A DNA stretch of 64,000 bases, taken from positions 142,050 to 206,049 of the forward strand of contig JAIXWD010000016.1 in assembly GCA_027482225.1 (NCBI GenBank). Reading direction: 5' to 3'. This stretch comes from Bacteroidota bacterium. Its GTDB lineage: Bacteria; Bacteroidota; Bacteroidia; UKL13-3. A model generated the notes under the pieces. The model saw only the letters and a list, made by a program, of their open reading frames with translations. It searched no databases and had not been told where the DNA came from. This document shows positions 10,001-18,324 of the stretch, in pieces. The first letter of the stretch is position 1. Each line of letters begins with the position of its first letter. Both the position numbers and the translations under genes were made by a program.

Positions 10001-13000
10001 GAAATCAAAAATAACCAACCCGCCATAAGGCACATAGCCGCTAATAACAATTTCTTATTTGGTGGTTCGTTGGGTTTAGCTAATAATTTCTTTACCGTAA
10101 ATGTAGTGTCTTCTAATGATGGCGCCACAACAGGCCGGATGTTATCATCTGAAGCCAATAATTGGATGCTAGGCTTTCATCCGGGTATAGAACGTACTGC
10201 ACATTTTGGTGGTGGGAATTGGCAAGTTTACAACACACCTACTACCCCAGCTAACCAAATTTATACCGCTGTTGGTCAAAATACTAATAATGCATTAATA
10301 TATAGAAACGGAACTTTACTACCATTATTGGCTGTGCCATCTAACCGCCCAATTGATTTGAGAACCGCAGGAGCTTATGCTCAGTGGGCTGATGGAACCA
10401 TGCAAGAAATAGTAATTGTACCAACTGCATTAAATGATGCTCAAAGGAACTCAATTGAAAATTCGCAACAATCTTATTATTTAAATGGGGTTTCATTTAT
10501 AACAACTAATGGTATCATCAACAATGGTACAATAGGAATTGCAGATGCCAACGGGTTAGATTCTGCTGTTGTTGGTACTGGTCCAATTTTTAATTCAAGT
10601 TCAACTTTAAATTACAATGGTAGCAGTCAAAATATAACAGCAGTTGTAGCTTCCAATTTGGTATTATCTGGTTCGGGTACTAAAACAATGGTTGGCGATG
10701 TTACTGTTACAGGAAATTTAACGGTTAACAGTGGAATAACGTTTAACAAATCAAACCGCAACTTAAGTTTTTCAGGAACCACCATTACCAATAATGGTAT
10801 AATGCAATCTACGGGAGGTACTTTATCACTTACAGGTAGTGGTAACATTAACATTGGGTTTAATGATGCTACAAATAATGTGTTAGGTAATTTAGTATTA
10901 AGCAGGGGAGGTTCTCATACGCTAACAAATCCTTTAACGATTAATACAAGTATTGCATTAAACAATGGTATTTTAAATACTACAGTTACAAATATAATTA
11001 ACCTTGGTGGCAAAGCAACTACAATAGGTGGCAGTAATACCAGCCACATCAACGGGCCATTAAATTTAATTACAAATTCCTTGTTTCAAAGAACTGCACC
11101 TATAGGTAAAAACAATATGTATGCTCCAGTTCAAATTCAACCACAAACACAAACACAAACAACATACACTGTGCAATACTTTAATGGTGCAGGTGTTACA
11201 CCAAATTCCAACAACAGAGGCCCAGGTATTATAGGTGTTGCAACCAACCAATATTGGAGTATTACCAGAAATAACAGTAACAATGCCATTGTAGGTGTTG
11301 GTTTTAACACAAGTGCAGGTGGTACCAGTGCACAGCAATTGGTGCTAGCCAACAAAATTATCAACACTTGGACACGTAACTCAGTAAACAATACCATATT
11401 AGGTAATGCAATATCAGGTAATTTTGCAACGCAAAGTTTTGTTTCAAATTTTGGTGATTTTACTTTAGGTTACACAAGTGCGTTACCAGATAATGGCTTG
11501 GATAGTTTGGGATTGAATAACACCACAACAACTTCACTTGCTTTAAGCCTACGCAGGTTAAGAAGTGCTTACCAAGGCCCTGCTATAAGGGTTAATCGTT
11601 TAAGAGATTCTGCCGAATTAGACATTTATTTCCAAGACAATGGTTTTTTAGATACCTTAACCTTAAAGAATTTTGCAGCAGGCGCAACAGGAGAAAACTT
11701 GGTTACGTTTAGCGAGGATTTTGATAATTCGGTTTACATCAGAAATGGATCCTCAGCATACAGTATTTTTCCTAATGTAGCCCTTTCACCAATTGGCACA
11801 CTTACTGCCGATTCTATGAACCTAGGTCGCACCAATGGGCAGTGGGATGTGTTTCGTCAAATAAATAATTTAGTAATTGGGCGTACCTATACTTTGTCTA
11901 TGTATATAAGGCTAGGTACTGCCAATAATTTTAATGTGGTTGTAAATAATACCGCTGCTTGGAACACCATTGGTGGTAATTCTTATAATGCCAGCAATGC
12001 CTCATTAAATAATGCAACATGGCAGCGCATAAGCTATACTTTTGTTTGCCCTGCAACCGGTAGGGTTAACGTGCATTTAGGTAGCCATGGCGGTAATCAA
12101 ACTGGCGTTACAGCACAAAGCAATGGTTCTGTTTATATTTGGGGTTTTCAGCTAGAAGAAGGGAGTTCTGCTAATATGTATATTGCCACTGGGCCAATTA
12201 GCATACTTAATTCCGTTAACGTAAAAACATGGTACGATCAAAGTGGTAATGGAAGGCATGCAGTACAAAATAATATTTTTTTACAACCCACTTTAACCTT
12301 AAATGGTGTAATTAATTACATGAATAACAAACCATCTATGTTATATGATGGTGTTGATGATGGTTTTTTAATTAATAACATACCAACAGTTAATAACAAT
12401 GTAAATAGCTTATTCTGGGTGCAACGCGCTACAAAAAACACATACATGAATTTATTCCCTAATACATCTCCCTCAAACGGAATAATCAATTCGGGTAATA
12501 GAATGTTGTTAGCCAGTTTAGGCGATGGAAGTACGGACGTAATAACGGGATTAACCAATAATATTTCCTCGTTTTTAATTAATGGTTTCCAAACAGGTTG
12601 GAGCTCATCTACCACGCGAAATGTGGTTCATCAAGCTTTACAATTTAATCCGTCTATTGTTAATTCGTTAAACCAGCCGTTTAACTTTAATGGTAATATG
12701 GTAATAGCTAACGGACATACAGGTTGGAATTTTGGTGGTGATATGCCCGAAATAGTGGTAACTACTTCTACGTTAGATAGTGCAAGACGCGTTGCGGTTG
12801 AATTAAGTATGGGCAGGTATTATGGCATTGTTACCAAAGAAAGTGATGCTTGGGTAAGTACAGATGTTGGTGGAAACTGGAGCGATATCAATACTTGGGT
12901 ACAAAACTCTGTACCACCTGCAGGAGCAGCTATTGCCATTGCAACAAAGGGAAATAATAGTGTAGTATTAGATACAACCATGACATTCTCTGGTATTACC

Positions 13001-16000
13001 GTGCGTGCAGGTGCAACCCTTAATTTAGGCAATAGTAGAACAACCACATTAAGCGGCCAATTAATTAATAATGGAACTATTATCACATCACATCCTAATG
13101 GTTTAACTGGTGTTTCTGCATCTGTAGTAGGAACAGTAACGCATAATATTGGAAGTACAATTATTTATAATGGTAGCAGCCAAATAGTCACTCCAACAAG
13201 TTACCGAAACTTAAGGGTAAGTGGATTAAATACCATAAAAACAATGGCAATGGGGGCATTAACAGTAAATGATACCCTTACTATAGATTCTGGAGTAACG
13301 TTTGTACAATCAAACAGTGCATTAACTTTAAACGGTAATATATCTGGTACTGGTTTTTTACGACCTAATCCAAGCAATGCAATAAGTATTGGTGGGGGTA
13401 ATGGTGGTAATTTCGGAACTATTCATTTTGATACCCTTACTAATATGAATATAGTGGGTACATTTACTTTAAATAGATCTGGAATTAATCCGTCACTAAC
13501 ACTTGGAAATAACTTACAAGCAAACTCATCAGTTAACCTAAACAATGGATTATTAAATACAAGTAATGGTGCCCTACTAATATTAAATAATATTGGTACA
13601 ATTGGTTCAGGTGGTTCGTATATTAATGGCCCTGCTAGGTTAATTAATGCATCAACTAATACAAATAGAACGATTCACGTAGGTAAAAATGGTCTTTTAG
13701 GAGCAGTTACAATCAATCCTGGTGCAACAAGTTCTACCTCTTGGGATGTTCAATACTTTGGAAGTACACCTGCAAATATTGGTAATGTTAGTGGTACTAT
13801 ATCATCATTAAGCCCAACACAGTATTGGAGTGTAACCAAAAACAGCTCACCAGCTGCAAGTCCAATTTTAGCATTTAATTTTAACCAAGCTCCGGGCGGG
13901 TTGGCAACATCAAGTTTGGCATTGGTAAGGTATCTAACCAATTGGCAGTTGGTGCCTGTTACAGCAAATAGCCTTAATGGTTTATCAGCAAGTGGTACCT
14001 TAACTACTTCTGGTTCTGTATCGTTTCCTGTTGGAGTAAATGGCAATGATTTTGCAATTGGTTATCCAGCACCATTTGAAACTAAAAAATCGGGTAATTG
14101 GAGAGATACATCTGTATGGGTTATGGGTGCAGTTCCTCCTTTGGGTTCAAGGGTATTTATAAGAGCTTCTCATGTGGTTACCGTAGATACTACAATTGCA
14201 ACAGCAGGTACACCATCAAGTATATCTATTTTAAATGGAGGGGAGTTGGTATTCAATTCAATAAATACAATTGGTGCTGTGGCAAGTGGAGTAACTGTTG
14301 CAGGAACTTTAACCACTGCTCATGCTGGTGGAATTAGCACAAGTATAGCGGGCACTATTACCTTTAGTAATGGTAGCCGTTTACGCTACAATGGAGCAGC
14401 TCAAAATGTAACAGCGATAGATTGTGAAGAGCTTGTATTAGAAGGTTCTGGAACAAAAACGCAAACAGGAGCAATATTGGTGAACGATACATTATTAATT
14501 GGTAATGGAATTACGTTTGCTAATTTAACACAAACACTTACTCTATATGGTAATTATGTGTCAAATGGTGGAGGCATAAGTAGCAGCAATGGGAATATAA
14601 TTGTTGGTGGATCGTTAGGTGGTCATTTTGGTAGTTTAAACTTATCTGGAACATTGGCAAACTTTACATTTAGAAGATATGGATCATCACCATCTTTAAA
14701 TGTGGTTAATCCGTTTAGCGTAGCTAATTTAGTTATCGAAAATGGGATAATAAACACAGATACTAACAATGTAATTACATTAACAGGATCGGCAACTTTA
14801 GGTTCATCATCTGCCCATATCAATGGTCCAATAAGGGTAATAACCACATCAGTTTCACCTTTAATTTTACCAATTGGTAAAGGAGGAATTTTAGGTTCTA
14901 TTAATTTTACTCCAAGTACCGCTTCAACAACAACTTGGTATGCCGAGTACTTTAATGCGGCACCAGGAAATACCAATGTTGATACAACCATTAGTTCAAT
15001 AAGTGCATCACAATATTGGTTGTTTAGCCGCTTATCAGGTACAGCCAATGCCGCAGTTACTTTTAATTTTAATAAATCTGCAGGAGGTAACTCATCACAG
15101 GCAATTACTTTAGCACGTTTTGCTTCATCAGCTTGGACACTTCAAAATACGGCATTAAATAATTTAAATGGTGCCACCGTAAATGGTTCATTAAGTTTGC
15201 CAACGCAATCTTTATTCAGTTATTTCGGTGTTGGGTTTTTTAATGAGTTTTTTTCTGTAGCCTCTGGCAACTGGTCTAGTCCTTCTACTTGGAATACCAA
15301 TTCGGTTCCTACATCATCTGCTCGAGTTACCATAAATTCAGGACATGTTGTTAATGTTTTAGGTACCATTAATCCTAAAAGTATAATAATAGAGGCAAAC
15401 GCCCAACTTAACTTAGATACTTTCCAAGTAATTGGTCAGGATGTTACAGTTGATTTAATAGGTACAATTGAAACGGCTCGTGCAGGTGGGTTAATAGGCA
15501 CAGGTGCATCCATTGAACAAGGTAATATTTTGTTAGGTTCATTCGCCAAGGTAGTATACAATGGCTCGGTTCCGCAAGTATTATCGCCATTAAGTTACCG
15601 TAAATTGGTTATAGCAAATCCAGCGGGAGTAACAGCAGGTAACAATCTTATACTTGGCGATTCATTCATTGTATCTTCAGGATTTTTAAATCTCTCAACA
15701 TTCAATCTTACATTAACCGGTGGCTTTAATATGGAATCTAATGCTAGGGGTATTAGAGCAAGTGGAAACAATAACATACAGATTTCATCATCAGGTAATC
15801 TTATGATGGATACCACTGTTAGAGGTGTTACAAATAGGTTGGCTAACTTAACTATAACTGGATCTAATTTAGTAACGCTTTTAAATTTCCTTGAGGCCAA
15901 AGTAGAAGTTAGTGTGAGTGGAGCTAATTTAAACAGCAATGGATTTCTAACATTAATTTCTGATTCATTAGGCACTGCAAGAGTAGCTGCATTGGTATCG

Positions 16001-17662
16001 CCTGCTCAAATAACAGGTAATGTAATTGTGCAGAGGTATATTCCTGCTATAACCCGTAGATCTCGACAGCTTACTTCACCAGTGACTGGTTTTACCTATA
16101 ATCAATTAATTGATGACATTTTCGTTACTGGCCCTGTCGGTGGTATAGGATTCGATATTTCTACTACCAATAATGCATCAATTAATACTTATAACGAACA
16201 AACATCTAACGGAAGGGGCAATAAACCAGTCCAAAATATTAATGACACATTGTTGCCAGGTTTAGGGGCTTTTGTTTTCATTAGGGGAGACCGAACTCTT
16301 CCTTCGCCACAATGGTTTACTCCACCGTTTGTGCCACAAAATGCAGTTACATTAGATTTTGTTGGACCAATTAATCAAGGAGTAGTTTCTCCGCAAATAA
16401 CCTATACACCCACAGGTACACCAACTAATGATGGTTGGAATATGGTAGGAAATCCTTTCCCATCACCAATTGATTGGAGCTTGGTAAATAAAACTGGTTT
16501 AACACCTTTTTACTATACACTAAATCCTTCAACAGGTTCATCTGTGGCTGCTAATGTAGGTATTATAGCATCTGGTCAAGGTATATTTGTACAAGCCTCA
16601 TCAGCTAATCCTACCATTACTTTTAGTGAGTCTTCAAAAGTTTCTGGTACTCCTACAAATTATTTTAAAACCAGTACACCGCCATTATTAATTACCATGA
16701 CAAGGGATGCATTAAATAGTGATGTTGCTATGATGAATTTTAATGCAACATATAGCAGGTCATTTAACAATATGGAAGATGCCTTTAAAATGACAAATGC
16801 TGTTATAAATCTTTCTTTATATGCTGGTACAACGCCTGTTCAAATAAATGGTTTACCAATATTATCTCCATTGGCAACTGATACGTTTGATATAGGTGTA
16901 GATGCTTCTGCTGGTAATTATTCTTTACGATTTAATAATTTAATTGCTATACCAACTGGCTTAAATAGTTATTTAATAGATAGGATGCTTAATACCACTT
17001 TACCAATAGTTGCTGGTGTTGATTATCCGTTTAGTATATCAAGCAGCCCTGCATCGTTTGGTAAAAGATTTGCGATTGTTTTTTCTCCGCTTAATCCTTT
17101 ACCTATTAAGTTACTTAGCTTTAATGCAGCTAAAAGTAATGATAACGTGGTGTTAAATTGGCGCACAGCTTCCGAGTTAAATATGCAAAGTCATATTTTA
17201 GAAAGAAAACTTAGCACTGATTTAACATTTAAAGAAATAGCAGTTATTAAGCCTAATACGGGTGCAGTAGTTGCAACTAACTATGCATACACCGATGCTG
17301 ATATACTAAATAATGCCAGTGGTTTAATATGCTACAGGATAAAGTTGGTAGAAACAAATAAATCATCGTTAAACAGTCATGTTGTTTGTATAGATCCAGT
17401 CATTACAACATCTGCAGCCAACATTTTACTGTTACCAAACCCAGCTCAAGAGGGCGATGTGGTAAAATTAAAAATAGCAGGTTTACAATACGATAGTTAT
17501 GAAATACATGTTGTTGATCTGCTAGGAAGAGTAATACATAAGCAACTAAGTACTACAAACGATATAGATATTGATACCAAACAATTTGATTCTGGTATTT
17601 ATAATATTTTGTTGTTGTCTGATGGCGTTTTGTTGGGAACATCAAAGTTATCAATACAATAA
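4037..17662 (+). CDS. Giant (4541 aa) T9SS-secreted cell-surface protein containing signal peptide, repeated LamG-like jellyroll domains, seven beta-solenoid-like supermodules, one CBM-like insertion, a conserved pre-CTD domain and a type-A T9SS CTD
   Basis: Uninterrupted 13.6 kb ORF. The N-terminal signal peptide is MFKVTSIRVITLLLLVFIHFSGHSQ. The motif (R/K)(K/R)L(S/R)S.Y.GPAI.V.R..D followed by WYDQSGNG....QP.IV recurs at ~4325, 6389, 9917 and 12229. Seven G(G/N)W..P.TW..G.VP...D.V.I motifs occur at ~5004, 7007, 8237, 9506, 12869, 14093 and 15266, each followed by YNG..Q.V...SYR.L, INGP and EYF.G...YW motifs. The C-terminus (LLPNPAQEGDVVKLKIAG...GIYNILLLSDGVLLGTSKLSIQ) is a Por secretion tail. 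Confidence 0.85.
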   Translation: MFKVTSIRVITLLLLVFIHFSGHSQNTLDGVGLTAATPSTVSFSLRKLSSSYSGPAIQVRRSSDNATQNIGFDVNGNLDTAALISWVSSGSGFVSIWYDQSGNGLNATQATAANQPAIVISGNINRYNGRVAISFDVISQHFAISSLPNTLVWTNGVSSNAVVAFNNNANWARVYDFGNGAGNNNILLTRNSTSNTITFSLYDGGNTTAQPSVTNAISTGINNIYTTIQSAATYPGSAATNIRVNGSAQTTAPATSNITQQVTRTSNFIGRSNWSGDAYFNGSMQELLFFNVALTTTQAQTLENSQSSYYSINQPTITSTATGGNWTSPSTWVGGVVPSSTNNVVIATTGANAVTLNTTATVNNLVINSNSRLNTGVNSISVSGALTCNGIILTASSQGVIGTFPGLPLNRIILNTGSTVDYIGTTSQNISPLTYGNLTVSNTSAPSTLTGTTSVAGNLTINTSAILDKSTFGLTVSNTIFNNGTFRTSGGRLSTAGGTAYNLAFATGANTLDTLIVNRSAPITLTSPLTINNLLTLTSGILTVPAGNLTLSTNAIATGGSNTAFINGQVIVNTNTTNSRNIPLGKNNLLGSISLMPESSAASTYTLEYFNGAGVTPNSGNLGAGLAGVATNQFWSITKIGTNASFTFNYNSSPGGTNAQQITLVKRTGGQWVIQPTYSSSMANASSGQATSVNAITGSYGDFGLGFINGAAENGLDSIGLTAATPAAAAYAMRKLRSAYNGAALRIRRSNDNLETNIGFDANGHLDTTAIKTFTGVNDAYVTTWYDQSGNNRNFIQNTLANQPRIVLAGVIDRKNGQPAIRHLAANTHNLNVNTGGFVTNNNPWSVSTVSGLDGGANQRVLSGNTNWFLGFHGGGERRAFFANVWMRYNGVDNYNNATATTNNQIYTAVSNGSSASVFNNGMQLAGTVPSGNTSIGTLSTGGGFGEFSNCVVQEVIIFSSALSSANRASIERSQGLYYAIGNFAISTPAGGNWSNPATWENGVVPTTSSDVVINATAGAVVLDINTSIRSINNAHLATLNLGAANNITTSLDVINQGTLITAHPNGLIGSSASLNIGGTILNTAYNTSRVVYNGANQLVNPISYRNLSLLNTSSTKTLLIGSVTTVSDTLFIDNGVTFNKSANDLNLACLTGTGLLSSTGGLLRFNTFNIANIGTLRMAPAPNNSVALFILSNFFANASLTLGTPLQVTTDATLDAGILNTDSVNILSLINASTIMSRWSPATFVNGPVQLISSSITTRQIAVGKNGTGNRIFITPQSTATTVYNIEYFKGNGSVPNTSSFDSIGLFKVYDNQYWRINRTSGVANIRAEFALNTAINGGVATETVTLANFVGGQWVSVPIDRFLSATAALPTAIATPVAISNTGLFAFASEKAIATAQSGAWNNPNTWAGGLVPSVFQSTFISPGHTVAVSSAAEALSITVAAGATLDLTTNQITGTSSGIINNGTILTSRNAGLIGSGASLPACNTTNTILNAGSRVIYNGGGAQTISALTYRKLTINNSASTKTLAGNTVVSDSLTISTLCTLNKGGFNLNLNNGIFGSGFLQSTGGAFTLSGNALRNTIQLNNFANTTININSTASVTDVSAITHSGLTLNMQATGATDTVNLVTPLSVANISLSSGFIKTDSINILTLTGNGTYGSNASYINGPVQFNTSSTNNVILGLGKQGTSSNVIITPTTSVATVWRAEYYRSTPTAAPLASNLLGLGNNHYWTLSRNNTNNAIVSVGINQAAGGTSANTLKMAMFTNNTWGNVPITENTILANTNIATITSASSVVLNSSAGEIDYFALGFGSLPGALHTIANGNWTNPAIWSTNIVPSTGDSVTIRTGFTVNLDTTILPGTGPSTVLIQTNAKLNINSGVIYYNSGANNNLVQSLITTGANPSVVLGLRRLSSTYNGPAIQVRRGSDNVLQDVFFTSAGNLNTSTLLNFAAGSSLFVVRWYDQSGNGRDFVQNTPGNQPRIVNNGVLEIKNNQPAIRHIAANNNFLFGGSLGLANNFFTVNVVSSNDGATTGRMLSSEANNWMLGFHPGIERTAHFGGGNWQVYNTPTTPANQIYTAVGQNTNNALIYRNGTLLPLLAVPSNRPIDLRTAGAYAQWADGTMQEIVIVPTALNDAQRNSIENSQQSYYLNGVSFITTNGIINNGTIGIADANGLDSAVVGTGPIFNSSSTLNYNGSSQNITAVVASNLVLSGSGTKTMVGDVTVTGNLTVNSGITFNKSNRNLSFSGTTITNNGIMQSTGGTLSLTGSGNINIGFNDATNNVLGNLVLSRGGSHTLTNPLTINTSIALNNGILNTTVTNIINLGGKATTIGGSNTSHINGPLNLITNSLFQRTAPIGKNNMYAPVQIQPQTQTQTTYTVQYFNGAGVTPNSNNRGPGIIGVATNQYWSITRNNSNNAIVGVGFNTSAGGTSAQQLVLANKIINTWTRNSVNNTILGNAISGNFATQSFVSNFGDFTLGYTSALPDNGLDSLGLNNTTTTSLALSLRRLRSAYQGPAIRVNRLRDSAELDIYFQDNGFLDTLTLKNFAAGATGENLVTFSEDFDNSVYIRNGSSAYSIFPNVALSPIGTLTADSMNLGRTNGQWDVFRQINNLVIGRTYTLSMYIRLGTANNFNVVVNNTAAWNTIGGNSYNASNASLNNATWQRISYTFVCPATGRVNVHLGSHGGNQTGVTAQSNGSVYIWGFQLEEGSSANMYIATGPISILNSVNVKTWYDQSGNGRHAVQNNIFLQPTLTLNGVINYMNNKPSMLYDGVDDGFLINNIPTVNNNVNSLFWVQRATKNTYMNLFPNTSPSNGIINSGNRMLLASLGDGSTDVITGLTNNISSFLINGFQTGWSSSTTRNVVHQALQFNPSIVNSLNQPFNFNGNMVIANGHTGWNFGGDMPEIVVTTSTLDSARRVAVELSMGRYYGIVTKESDAWVSTDVGGNWSDINTWVQNSVPPAGAAIAIATKGNNSVVLDTTMTFSGITVRAGATLNLGNSRTTTLSGQLINNGTIITSHPNGLTGVSASVVGTVTHNIGSTIIYNGSSQIVTPTSYRNLRVSGLNTIKTMAMGALTVNDTLTIDSGVTFVQSNSALTLNGNISGTGFLRPNPSNAISIGGGNGGNFGTIHFDTLTNMNIVGTFTLNRSGINPSLTLGNNLQANSSVNLNNGLLNTSNGALLILNNIGTIGSGGSYINGPARLINASTNTNRTIHVGKNGLLGAVTINPGATSSTSWDVQYFGSTPANIGNVSGTISSLSPTQYWSVTKNSSPAASPILAFNFNQAPGGLATSSLALVRYLTNWQLVPVTANSLNGLSASGTLTTSGSVSFPVGVNGNDFAIGYPAPFETKKSGNWRDTSVWVMGAVPPLGSRVFIRASHVVTVDTTIATAGTPSSISILNGGELVFNSINTIGAVASGVTVAGTLTTAHAGGISTSIAGTITFSNGSRLRYNGAAQNVTAIDCEELVLEGSGTKTQTGAILVNDTLLIGNGITFANLTQTLTLYGNYVSNGGGISSSNGNIIVGGSLGGHFGSLNLSGTLANFTFRRYGSSPSLNVVNPFSVANLVIENGIINTDTNNVITLTGSATLGSSSAHINGPIRVITTSVSPLILPIGKGGILGSINFTPSTASTTTWYAEYFNAAPGNTNVDTTISSISASQYWLFSRLSGTANAAVTFNFNKSAGGNSSQAITLARFASSAWTLQNTALNNLNGATVNGSLSLPTQSLFSYFGVGFFNEFFSVASGNWSSPSTWNTNSVPTSSARVTINSGHVVNVLGTINPKSIIIEANAQLNLDTFQVIGQDVTVDLIGTIETARAGGLIGTGASIEQGNILLGSFAKVVYNGSVPQVLSPLSYRKLVIANPAGVTAGNNLILGDSFIVSSGFLNLSTFNLTLTGGFNMESNARGIRASGNNNIQISSSGNLMMDTTVRGVTNRLANLTITGSNLVTLLNFLEAKVEVSVSGANLNSNGFLTLISDSLGTARVAALVSPAQITGNVIVQRYIPAITRRSRQLTSPVTGFTYNQLIDDIFVTGPVGGIGFDISTTNNASINTYNEQTSNGRGNKPVQNINDTLLPGLGAFVFIRGDRTLPSPQWFTPPFVPQNAVTLDFVGPINQGVVSPQITYTPTGTPTNDGWNMVGNPFPSPIDWSLVNKTGLTPFYYTLNPSTGSSVAANVGIIASGQGIFVQASSANPTITFSESSKVSGTPTNYFKTSTPPLLITMTRDALNSDVAMMNFNATYSRSFNNMEDAFKMTNAVINLSLYAGTTPVQINGLPILSPLATDTFDIGVDASAGNYSLRFNNLIAIPTGLNSYLIDRMLNTTLPIVAGVDYPFSISSSPASFGKRFAIVFSPLNPLPIKLLSFNAAKSNDNVVLNWRTASELNMQSHILERKLSTDLTFKEIAVIKPNTGAVVATNYAYTDADILNNASGLICYRIKLVETNKSSLNSHVVCIDPVITTSAANILLLPNPAQEGDVVKLKIAGLQYDSYEIHVVDLLGRVIHKQLSTTNDIDIDTKQFDSGIYNILLLSDGVLLGTSKLSIQ
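4990..16100 (+). repeat. Seven diverged intragenic tandem supermodules of ~1.2 kb (~400 aa) within the giant gene, repeated at protein level
   Basis: The ordered motif series GxW..P.TW / YNG..Q / INGP / EYFxG..YW recurs seven times. There are no long identical DNA repeats, so the duplication is ancient or diversified. Confidence 0.6.
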
Positions 17663-17679
17663 ATTTTAATTCTTAACAC

Positions 17680-18324
17680 ATGAATTTGGCATATCAAATT
17701 ATTATAAAGAGGGGAGTTTTTTTCAGTTTATTATTTTTAACAGCTTTCGATTCCATAGCCCAAAGCGCTTATGGTCAAGCGGGGGATGATGATATCTATA
17801 GTGACTATGGTTATCAGTATTCAAACTATTCTAATTCTGTTTATGAGTTTTCTGAAGAAGAAAAATATAGAAAAAGGCAAGAACGGTTTTATAAAAAAAG
17901 CTACGATGAAGAAGATTTATATAATGGTGGATACAGGGTGAAAAGTCGTTCATCGGAAGTTGATTATTACGCTTTTGGAGGTATTGGCTCAGGTAATATT
18001 GGTAATAGCGTTAAATCATGGTTTAATAGAGACAGTAAAAATGAATCACCTTTACCGAGTAACCAAGAAAAATATAACAACAACGAGGTTGGAACAATTG
18101 ACGGCATTGATAGGTTGGGTGAGGATGGAAAAAGCGGTTTAGCCAACAACAAAGATAATGGTGAGATTTTACAACCAAAAGATGATAAACAAACCGAAAC
18201 CGCACCACCACCGCCAGATGAACCTGATATTCCAATTACAAGTCCTTTATTAAGTATACTCATGATTGTTATAATGATAGGTGTAGCTGTTTTTAACTTA
18301 TCAAACAGATTTAAGATATTATGA
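17680..18324 (+). CDS. Tail-anchored secreted protein that is acidic, Tyr/Asp/Glu/Asn-rich low-complexity, and has a Pro-rich stalk and C-terminal transmembrane helix
   Basis: It has a signal peptide (FFSLLFLTAFDSIAQSA), low-complexity acidic region, PPPPDEPDIP stretch and a C-terminal hydrophobic helix (LLSILMIVIMIGVAVF). It starts 18 bp after the giant gene's stop codon. Confidence 0.55.
   Translation: MNLAYQIIIKRGVFFSLLFLTAFDSIAQSAYGQAGDDDIYSDYGYQYSNYSNSVYEFSEEEKYRKRQERFYKKSYDEEDLYNGGYRVKSRSSEVDYYAFGGIGSGNIGNSVKSWFNRDSKNESPLPSNQEKYNNNEVGTIDGIDRLGEDGKSGLANNKDNGEILQPKDDKQTETAPPPPDEPDIPITSPLLSILMIVIMIGVAVFNLSNRFKIL

Noticed and set aside
11143-11165. (CAAACA)x3 repeat inside the giant gene
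   Set aside because: It encodes the QPQTQTQTT linker. It is too short and in-frame-neutral (hexamer) to act as a phase switch, and is probably a linker expansion.
4108-15975. Numerous 60-200-aa ORFs on the minus strand, and in other frames, inside the giant gene (for example 4108-4701, 6970-7317, 8575-8979, 14623-15048, 15595-15975)
   Set aside because: They are entirely contained within a continuous 13.6 kb ORF that has a coherent repeat architecture. They are hydrophobic and low-complexity antisense translations of N/T/S/G-rich codons, and are typical spurious ORFs.
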